A DNA stretch of 64,000 bases from a bacterium (GTDB taxonomy: Bacteria > Patescibacteriota > Minisyncoccia > UBA6257 > Colwellbacteraceae). Shown here in pieces: positions 56,864 through 64,000 of the stretch (position 1 is its first letter; the number at the start of each line of letters is the position of its first letter). The DNA lies in the NCBI GenBank assembly GCA_029548485.1, contig JAKPNH010000002.1, forward strand, positions 7,747 through 71,746, given 5' to 3'. Below the pieces are notes generated by a model. That model worked only from the letters and a program-made list of their open reading frames with translations, did not search any database and was not told the DNA's origin. A program made the translations under genes and the position numbers.

Positions 56864-58286
56864 TAGGGAGAATTTAAGCGTTTCCGAAATCAGGGACGGA
56901 TTGCGGTCCGGAAAGTTTTCGGCCGCGGAAATCACCGAGGATTATTTCGGAAGAATCGAAAAAAGAGACAAAGACATCCACGCCTTTTTGAATCTCAACA
57001 AAAAGTCCGGCCTCGAGGCGGCCGCCTGGGTTGACAGCCGTTTGGCCTCGGGAGAAAATCTGCCGGACTTGGCCGGCGTGCCGATCGCCTTGAAAGACGT
57101 CATCATGTCCGAAGGTTTGCCTTGCACCGCTTCTTCGAAGATTTTGGAGGATTACGTCGCTTCTTACGACGCGACCGTTGTCAAAAAACTGAAAGAACAG
57201 GGGGCGATAATCCTCGGGAAGACCAATACCGACGAATTCGCCATGGGATCGTCCACCGAGACTTCGGCCTACGGCCCGACCAAGAACCCCCATGATTTGG
57301 AACGGGTTCCCGGAGGTTCTTCGGGAGGTTCGGCCGCGGCGGTCGCGGCCAATATGGCCGTTGTCTCCTTGGGATCGGACACCGGAGGCTCGATCAGGCA
57401 GCCGGCCGGATTCTGCGGCACGGTCGGATTCAAGCCGACCTACGGCGCGGTTTCGCGCTTCGGGCTTTTGGCCCTGTGTTCGAGCCTGGACCAGATCGGG
57501 CCGTTCGCCAATTCCGTGGCCGACGCCGAAATAGTCTTCGAAGCGATCAAGGGCGAAGATCGCTACGATGCCACTTCTTTCAATTTGCCAGACAGGAAAA
57601 TTTGGGAAAAAGAGGATTTAAAGGATATCGTCATCGGGCTTCCCAAAGAATATCTGGAAGGAGGATTGTCGAAAGAAGTCGAAGCGACCATGAAAAACGT
57701 CATCCGCGAATTCACGGAAATGGGAGCGGTTTTCAAGGACATCGGCTTGCCCCACACCAAATACGCCCTGCCTTGCTATTACATCATCATGCCGGCCGAG
57801 GCTTCGACCAATCTGGCCCGTTACGACGGCATCCGCTACGGCCGGTCGAAAGACGCGAAAAGCCTTCTCGAGATTTACGAGAAAACCAAGGGCGAAGGGT
57901 TCGGCGAGGAAGTCAAGCGTCGGATTCTGCTCGGAACATTCGTGCTTTCTTCCGGCTATTACGACGCCTATTACGCCAAAGCCCAAAGGGTGAGGAGATT
58001 GATCCGGGAAGACTTCGAAAAAGTTTTTGAAAAAGAAAGAGTGGACGCGATTCTCGCTCCGGTTTCGCCGTCTCCGGCTTTCAAGATCGGAGAGAAGACG
58101 CAAAGCCCGATGGAAATGTATCTTTCCGACATTTTCACCATTCCGGCGAATTTGGCCGGCATTCCGGGACTGGCCATTCCGGCCAAAAACAAAGAAGGCG
58201 ATCTACCGATCGGGTTCCAATTGATGGGCAAATGGGGAGACGACAAGAATCTTTTCGCCCTGGGAAAACTTTACGAGGAGGCGTAG
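56856..58286 (+). CDS. gatA: Asp/Glu-tRNA amidotransferase subunit A
   Basis: GKTNTDEFAMGSSTE, PGGSSGGSAA, GSDTGGSIRQPA, NLARYDG. Confidence 0.96.
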   Translation: MNDRENLSVSEIRDGLRSGKFSAAEITEDYFGRIEKRDKDIHAFLNLNKKSGLEAAAWVDSRLASGENLPDLAGVPIALKDVIMSEGLPCTASSKILEDYVASYDATVVKKLKEQGAIILGKTNTDEFAMGSSTETSAYGPTKNPHDLERVPGGSSGGSAAAVAANMAVVSLGSDTGGSIRQPAGFCGTVGFKPTYGAVSRFGLLALCSSLDQIGPFANSVADAEIVFEAIKGEDRYDATSFNLPDRKIWEKEDLKDIVIGLPKEYLEGGLSKEVEATMKNVIREFTEMGAVFKDIGLPHTKYALPCYYIIMPAEASTNLARYDGIRYGRSKDAKSLLEIYEKTKGEGFGEEVKRRILLGTFVLSSGYYDAYYAKAQRVRRLIREDFEKVFEKERVDAILAPVSPSPAFKIGEKTQSPMEMYLSDIFTIPANLAGIPGLAIPAKNKEGDLPIGFQLMGKWGDDKNLFALGKLYEEA

Positions 58287-58336
58287 GTTTATTGATTAAA
58301 AAAGCCGCCCTGTTATCGGGCGGCTTTCATATAAAG

Positions 58337-58408
58337 TTGCGGGGGCGGGAATTGAACCCGCTATCTAGAGCTTATGAGGCTCCCGACTTACCGTCCGTCT
58401 CCCCCGCG
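58337..58408 (-). tRNA. tRNA with CAT anticodon, initiator-like (C1:A72) but atypical
   Basis: cgcgggg/ccccgca acceptor, ggagc-ctCATaa-gctct, gcggg-ttcaatt-cccgc. Confidence 0.8.
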
Positions 58409-58450
58409 ATAACGCTTAATAAAACTTGCCATATATATTACTATGAAATC

Positions 58451-59713
58451 ATGAAATTGGCAATTTTGGGATTCGGCCGCGAGGGAAAAGCCTTGAAGGC
58501 TTATCTTCGGAAAAAATATCCCAAAGAGAAAATAGCGATTCTCGACAGGAAAACCGATCCGGATTATCTCCGTCGCCTCGGCGATTTCGATATCGTTTTC
58601 CGTTCTCCCGGAGTTCCTTACAACTTCCCTGAAATCCAAAAAGCCTTGAAAAAAGGAACCGAGTTTTCTAGCGCCACCAAAGTCTTTTTCGAGGAAGTAA
58701 GAAAGAATAAAAAAGGATCGATAATCGGCATCACCGGCACCAAAGGCAAAGGCACGACTTCGAGTTTGCTTTACGATATCCTCAAAGCCGCCAAAAAAGA
58801 CGCTTATCTCGCCGGAAACATCGGCACTCCGGCCTTGTCCATTCTTCCGAAGTTGAAAAAAAACTCCATTTCCGTGATCGAACTTTCAAGCTTCCAGCTT
58901 CAGGGGCTCGGGCTTTCGCCCGATATCTCCGTAGTGCTCAATGTTTTTCCGGACCATTTGGACGCTCATCGGTCGGTCAAAGAGTATTTGGAAGCCAAAT
59001 CGGAAATCGCCAAAAACCAGAATAAATCCGACGTTATTTTTTACAACAAAGACAACAGGAATTCTTTTTTGATCGCCCAAAAAAGCAAAGGAAAAAAGAT
59101 TCCAATTTCGGAAAAGGAATTCAAGCTGTTTTCTCCGGCCGACCTCAAAATCGTCGGTCCGCACAATTTTAAAAACGCGGTCATGGCCGCGGAAATCGGC
59201 CTTTATCTAGGGATTAAGCCCGAGATCGTCAAAGCGACGGTCAAAAGATACAAAGGCCTGCCTTACCGCCTGGAATTGGTGAAAAAAATAAAAGCGGACG
59301 GAAAATCGATAGAAATCTACAACGATTCCGCCTCCACCAACCCGGATACGACCGCGGCGGCGGTCAAATCGTTCAAAGAACCGATTTTTCTGATTGCCGG
59401 AGGCAAAGACAAGAATTTGGACTACGCGCCGCTTGGCGCGACTCTCAAAAAGTCCTCGGTCCGGGAAGCAATTCTTTTTGGAGAAAATAAGGCGAAAATA
59501 GAAAAAGCCGTTGGCGGAATCGAAATCGTTTTGGCCGGCAATCTGGAAGAAGCCCTAGCCGCGGCAGCAAAGGACGCCAAAAACTACCTGCGGTTTTATC
59601 CGGACGAAAAAGCGATCGTCGTCTTTTCCCCGGGAGCGACCAGCTTCGATATGTTTAAAGATTACGCTGACCGGGGGAAAAAGTTCAGCAAACTCGCGAA
59701 AAGCTTGGATTGA
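58451..59713 (+). CDS. murD: UDP-N-acetylmuramoyl-L-alanine--D-glutamate ligase
   Basis: GFGREG, RSPG, ITGTKGKGTT, GNIG.P, ELSSFQL, DHLD.H, NDS.STN, SPG..SFD.F. Confidence 0.94.
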   Translation: MKLAILGFGREGKALKAYLRKKYPKEKIAILDRKTDPDYLRRLGDFDIVFRSPGVPYNFPEIQKALKKGTEFSSATKVFFEEVRKNKKGSIIGITGTKGKGTTSSLLYDILKAAKKDAYLAGNIGTPALSILPKLKKNSISVIELSSFQLQGLGLSPDISVVLNVFPDHLDAHRSVKEYLEAKSEIAKNQNKSDVIFYNKDNRNSFLIAQKSKGKKIPISEKEFKLFSPADLKIVGPHNFKNAVMAAEIGLYLGIKPEIVKATVKRYKGLPYRLELVKKIKADGKSIEIYNDSASTNPDTTAAAVKSFKEPIFLIAGGKDKNLDYAPLGATLKKSSVREAILFGENKAKIEKAVGGIEIVLAGNLEEALAAAAKDAKNYLRFYPDEKAIVVFSPGATSFDMFKDYADRGKKFSKLAKSLD

Positions 59714-59756
59714 TTTATTTGAAAATCGGCTTTAAAATACGTCAGTAATCGGATCT

Positions 59757-59831
59757 GCAGCGGTAGCTTAGTTGGCTTAAAGCGCTGCCCTGTCACGGCA
59801 GAGATCGCGGGTTCGAATCCCGTCCGCTGCG
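59757..59831 (+). tRNA. tRNA-Asp(GTC), uninterrupted
   Basis: gcagcgg/ccgctgc acceptor, ctgcc-ctGTCac-ggcag, gcggg-ttcgaat-cccgt. Confidence 0.95.
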
Positions 59832-59911
59832 CATTTATCAAAAGGCATTTTTTCTTGCCTTCTAATTTCGGTTATATTAGCCTAATATAATAAAGTAGGC
59901 AGACATTCGCT

Positions 59912-59984
59912 GCCGGCGTAGCTCAGTGGTTAGAGCGAAGCACTCATAACGCTTAGGTCGGTGGTCCGATTCCACCCGCCGGCA
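59912..59984 (+). tRNA. tRNA with CAT anticodon (elongator Met or Ile2)
   Basis: gccggcg/cgccggc acceptor, loop ctCATaa, T arm ggtgg-tccgatt-ccacc. Confidence 0.85.
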
Positions 59985-59989
59985 CCTAT

Positions 59990-60991
59990 ATGAACAAAGA
60001 CATAGACACAATCAAATCCGAAGCCGCAGAAGCAATCGATCGCGCACAAACCTCCGCAGAAGTCGAGGCGATCAGGGTGCGCTATCTGGGCAGGAAAGAG
60101 GGTTTGTTGAACAATGTGTTGAAATCGTTGAAAGATCTTCCGCTCGAGGAAAAGCGGAGTATCGGCCCTATGGCTCAGCAGGCGAGGAAAGAAATCGAGA
60201 AAGCGATCGATTTCAAGCTCAAATCTTTGGCCGAATTCGAGATTCCGGAAGAAGATATCACTTTGCCCGGCAAGCGCTCCGAAACCGGGCATCTCCATCC
60301 TTTGACGAAAACGGAAAACGAGATTTTAAAGATCTTCGCTTCACTCAATTTTTCCGTGATCGACGGGCCGGAACTAGAAACCGAATATTATAATTTCGAC
60401 GTCTTGAACATTCCGGCCGACCATCCGGCGCGGGAAATGTGGGACACTTTTTGGATCAAACAGGACAAGAAGCCCAAAAGCTCCAAAGATCATTATCTGC
60501 TCCGCACCCACACTTCGCCGATGCAGGTGCGGTACATGGAGACGCACGAGCCGCCGTTCCAGATCGTCGTCCCCGGACGGACTTTCCGCTACGAGGCGCT
60601 CGACGCTTCGCACGAAGCCAATTTCTCGCAAGTCGAAGGATTGATGGTCGGCAAAGATGTTTCTTTCGCCAATTTCAAATTTGTCATCGAGCAGTTTCTG
60701 AAGAGCTTCTTCAGAGGTAAAAAAATAGAATTCCGGTTCCGTTCCAGCTATTTTCCGTTTGTCGAACCCGGAGTCGAAGTGGACATCAAGTTCAAAAACT
60801 CCAGGTGGCTCGAGGTGATGGGCGCCGGCATGGTGCATCCGCGGGTTTTCGAGTTCGCCGGATACAATCCCCGCGACTGGCAGGGATTCGCCTTCGGCGT
60901 GGGCATCGAAAGGCTCGCGATGATCAAATACAACATTCCGGATATCCGCATGTTCTACAACGGAGACTTGAGATTCATTAAACAATTCTAG
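59990..60991 (+). CDS. pheS: Phenylalanine--tRNA ligase alpha subunit
   Basis: GHLHP, HPAREM.DTF, LRTHTSP.Q, YFPFVEP, GAGMVHP, FAFG.G.ERL. Confidence 0.97.
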   Translation: MNKDIDTIKSEAAEAIDRAQTSAEVEAIRVRYLGRKEGLLNNVLKSLKDLPLEEKRSIGPMAQQARKEIEKAIDFKLKSLAEFEIPEEDITLPGKRSETGHLHPLTKTENEILKIFASLNFSVIDGPELETEYYNFDVLNIPADHPAREMWDTFWIKQDKKPKSSKDHYLLRTHTSPMQVRYMETHEPPFQIVVPGRTFRYEALDASHEANFSQVEGLMVGKDVSFANFKFVIEQFLKSFFRGKKIEFRFRSSYFPFVEPGVEVDIKFKNSRWLEVMGAGMVHPRVFEFAGYNPRDWQGFAFGVGIERLAMIKYNIPDIRMFYNGDLRFIKQF

Positions 60992-60994
60992 TCT

Positions 60995-62893
60995 ATGAAA
61001 TTTTCCTATTCTTTGCTCAAAAAAATGGTCCCGGGGATTCCGGAGAAAAAGAGGCTGGCCGATGTTTTGAGCGTCAAATCCTTCGAGGTGGAAGAGGTCA
61101 AAGCCGACGCCATGGAGATCAAGATCATGCCGAACCGCTGGTCGGACGCCGCTTCCCACTGGGGAATGGCGAGAGAAGCCGCGGCCGCGACCGGACAAAA
61201 GCTTTCTTTTGGCCCCAAAATTATCATCAACCAGCCGCAGAACAAAGGATTTTTGGAAAAGATCAGAGTCGAAGATCCGAGGCTTTGCCCGAGATACATG
61301 GCTTATTATCTGGAGATTCCGAAAATCGGTGAGTCTCCGGTCTGGATGCGGAAAATGCTTCAAACTTGCGGTTTGCGGCCGGTGAACGCCGTTGTCGACA
61401 TTTTGAATTACGTCATGCTTGAAACCGGTCAGCCCTTACACGCTTTCGATGCTTCGAAAATCAAGGGCGGAATCCGGGTCCGCCTGGCCAAAGCGAACGA
61501 AACGATGGAGACGATCGACAACCAGAGAATCAAGCTCGACAAATCGGTTTTGATCATCGCCGACCGCGAAAAGCCTCTGGCCATCGCCGGCATCAAAGGA
61601 GGGGAAAGCTCGAAAGTGGGTTCCGGAACCAAGGCGATCATCGTCGAGTCCGCCAATTTCGACCCGGTTTCGATTTACAAGGCTTCCAAAACGATCAAAC
61701 TCGCGACCGATGCCTCCCAGAGATTCGGCCACGGCCTGTCTCCGGAACTTTGCAAGATCGGCGTTGACCGGGCGGCCGTGCTGCTCAAAGAAATCTGCAA
61801 AGCGACGTTCCTCGATTCCAAAGACGTTTATCCGAAACGCCAGCCGAAGAAGATCTTGAAACTCGATCAGGAAAAGCTTCGAAGCGTTCTCGGAATAAAT
61901 ATCGATTCCAAGACCGTTTCGTCTATTTTGAAATCTTTGGGATTCCGCCTTATTCATAAAAACATGGTCGAGGTCCCGGCCTTGAGGCTCGACATCAACA
62001 TTGTCGAGGATCTGATCGAGGAAGTCGGCCGGATGTACGATTTGAACAAGATTCCCGGGAAAAATCCGGCCGTTCTCCTCGCGCCGCCGGAAATAGACGA
62101 TTATTTCTCGGCCGCGGAAAAAGCCAAAAACAGCCTGGTGGAAATGGGATTTTCCGAAGTCCGCAATTCCAGTTTTGTTCCGGGCGATGCGGCCGGAGAC
62201 GTCGAAATAGAAAATCCTTTATCCGACGACAAGCGGTTCCTTAGGAGTAACCTCATCTACCATCTTCGCGGGAACATCAAAACCAATCATCGGTTTTTGG
62301 AAAACGTGAGAATATTCGAAATCGGAAAAGTTTTTCTCAAAGGATTCAAGGAAGAATACCGTCTGGCCATGGCCGTCGGCCTCAAATCCGGCGGCCATGT
62401 TTTCCGCGAACTCCGCGGTCCGGCCGAGAATTTGCTGCGGAGCCTCGGACTTACGGATTACGCCTTTGTTCCGGAAGGCGACAAATTGCGGCTGGAATCC
62501 GATCACGAAGTTTTGGGATATCTCTTTCCCGAGCCGAAGAGCAAAGCCGCTTTTCTCGAAATCGATTTCGACAAAGCGCGGCGGCTGATGGAGGGGGAAA
62601 GGGAGTATCTCGAGATTTCTCCGTATCCTTCGATCATCCGCGACATTTCTTTCACCGTTCCCGTTTCCGCGAGAATGAATCTTATCCTCGAGGCGATCGC
62701 CGATTTGAGAATCGAGAATCTCGAAGACGTCGATTTGATCGACTACCTGGCGCTTGATTCCGGCCGGATCAGCCTCACTTTGCGTCTGGTTTTCCAATCC
62801 ATGAAAAAGACGCTTTCGGATGAGGAAGCCAACCGTTCGACAGCCAAGATCGCCGGTATTTTGGCCTCTGATTTCGAGGCCGAAATCCGCTAA
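60995..62893 (+). CDS. pheT: Phenylalanine--tRNA ligase beta subunit (lacks B2 OB domain)
   Basis: PNR.D..SH.G.ARE, NAVVDILNYVMLETGQPLHAFD, DLIEEVGR, YP...RDIS. Confidence 0.94.
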   Translation: MKFSYSLLKKMVPGIPEKKRLADVLSVKSFEVEEVKADAMEIKIMPNRWSDAASHWGMAREAAAATGQKLSFGPKIIINQPQNKGFLEKIRVEDPRLCPRYMAYYLEIPKIGESPVWMRKMLQTCGLRPVNAVVDILNYVMLETGQPLHAFDASKIKGGIRVRLAKANETMETIDNQRIKLDKSVLIIADREKPLAIAGIKGGESSKVGSGTKAIIVESANFDPVSIYKASKTIKLATDASQRFGHGLSPELCKIGVDRAAVLLKEICKATFLDSKDVYPKRQPKKILKLDQEKLRSVLGINIDSKTVSSILKSLGFRLIHKNMVEVPALRLDINIVEDLIEEVGRMYDLNKIPGKNPAVLLAPPEIDDYFSAAEKAKNSLVEMGFSEVRNSSFVPGDAAGDVEIENPLSDDKRFLRSNLIYHLRGNIKTNHRFLENVRIFEIGKVFLKGFKEEYRLAMAVGLKSGGHVFRELRGPAENLLRSLGLTDYAFVPEGDKLRLESDHEVLGYLFPEPKSKAAFLEIDFDKARRLMEGEREYLEISPYPSIIRDISFTVPVSARMNLILEAIADLRIENLEDVDLIDYLALDSGRISLTLRLVFQSMKKTLSDEEANRSTAKIAGILASDFEAEIR

Positions 62894-62975
62894 AACCAAA
62901 GGCCCGGCGGGTTGTCTTTGAGCCGGATTTTTGTTAGAATAAATAAGACTTTTTGAAGTTTTAAACATCTGGAAA

Positions 62976-64000
62976 ATGGCCAAAAAAAGCGAGGAAAAAT
63001 CCGTTAAAAAAGAGCAGTCGTACAGCGCCAAAGACATCGAAGTCCTGGAGGGTTTGGAGCCGGTCAGAAAAAGGCCGGGAATGTACATCGGTTCGACCGG
63101 CGTCGACGGCTTGCACCATTTGATTTGGGAGATCGTCGACAACTCGGTCGACGAAGCCATGGGTGGATACGCCAATAATATCCGCGTGGAATTGAACAAA
63201 GACGGCAGCGTGGCGGTAGAAGACGACGGACGCGGCATTCCGGTCGATGTCCACGCCGTGACCAAAAAGTCCGCGCTCGAGACCGTGATGACCACGCTCC
63301 ACGCCGGCGGCAAGTTCGGCGGAGCCGGATACAAAGTTTCCGGAGGGCTTCACGGAGTCGGCGCTTCGGTGGTGAACGCTTTGTCCGAACGGATGAGAGT
63401 CGAAGTCCGGCAGAACGGAAACCTTTACAGTCAGGAATACGAACGGGGCAAGCCTAAATCAGCCGTCAAAAAAGTGGGCAAATCCGAAGGCCACGGTACC
63501 ACTTCCATTTTTTATCCGGACAAGACGGTCTTTTCCGAAACGGTTTTCGATCGGAAAAGAATCCTGGACCATCTGCGAGAGCAGGCTTATCTCACCAAAG
63601 GATTGAGGATCATTTTTATCGACCGCCGGGAAGAGACTCCGTTTTATTACACCTTCCGGTTCGCCGGCGGTTTGAGATCGTTCATCGATTATCTGAACGA
63701 AGACGGCGATCCGATCATCCAGCAGGAAGTTTTTTACGTCAACAAGGAATATAACGGCATAGATATCGAAGCGGCTTTGGCTTACACCGAAGGCTTCGAA
63801 GTCGAAGAATACAGCTTCGCCAACAACATCCATACTTCGGACGGCGGCATGCATCTGACCGGGCTCCGGACGGCCATCACGAGGACTTTGAACGATTTCA
63901 GCCGTTCGTCCGGATATCTGAAAGAAACGGACGACAATCTGACCGGAGAAGACGTGCGCGAGGGATTGATCGCCGTCGTGTCGGTCAAGCTCAAAAACCC
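62976..64000 (+). CDS. gyrB: DNA gyrase subunit B (partial, runs off window)
   Basis: MAKK..YSAKDIEVLEGLEPVRKRPGMYIGSTG, EIVDNSVDE, LHAGGKFG, SGGLHGVG; ParE not fully excluded. Confidence 0.9.
   Translation, partial: MAKKSEEKSVKKEQSYSAKDIEVLEGLEPVRKRPGMYIGSTGVDGLHHLIWEIVDNSVDEAMGGYANNIRVELNKDGSVAVEDDGRGIPVDVHAVTKKSALETVMTTLHAGGKFGGAGYKVSGGLHGVGASVVNALSERMRVEVRQNGNLYSQEYERGKPKSAVKKVGKSEGHGTTSIFYPDKTVFSETVFDRKRILDHLREQAYLTKGLRIIFIDRREETPFYYTFRFAGGLRSFIDYLNEDGDPIIQQEVFYVNKEYNGIDIEAALAYTEGFEVEEYSFANNIHTSDGGMHLTGLRTAITRTLNDFSRSSGYLKETDDNLTGEDVREGLIAVVSVKLKN

Noticed and set aside
1-64000. CRISPR array, prophage, IS or integrase, rRNA
   Set aside because: No regularly spaced repeats, phage structural genes, transposase/integrase motifs or rRNA sequence recognised by eye.

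Overview
Gene-dense bacterial chromosome segment, standard genetic code. Gene content and style (type IV pilus operon, CPDGS- and GWISFNC-motif proteins, near absence of Shine-Dalgarno sites) suggest Patescibacteria/CPR (Parcubacteria-like); this is inference. Most of the window is housekeeping: type IV pilus genes, pth/lepB/hisS, ftsA/ftsZ, anaerobic RNR (nrdDG), an ArsR-led suf operon, queH/tgt/queA, trpS, SAM-I riboswitch-metK, tsaC/truB/gpsA, murA, ligA, gatCA, murD, pheST and gyrB (cut off by the window edge). The standout locus is 16.6-19.6 kb. A tRNA-Asn(GTT) is split inside its anticodon by a 336-nt group I intron and is followed by an AT-rich block carrying a diversity-generating retroelement (DGR) of odd architecture. 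The RT and Avd genes are head-to-head with starts 5 nt apart, the AAC-rich template repeat is fused in frame to a signal-peptide ORF, and I found no variable-repeat target in the window. Other notable items: an AAAGGTCG motif fixed 17-18 nt before several small genes, an unannotated 38-aa 9-Cys microprotein, a 6S-like standalone ncRNA, many apparently leaderless genes, an atypical initiator-like tRNA, and a lactate permease broken by one in-frame TAG. Calls come from motif recognition by eye, with no database searches. Start codons were adjusted where the ORF track over-extends.
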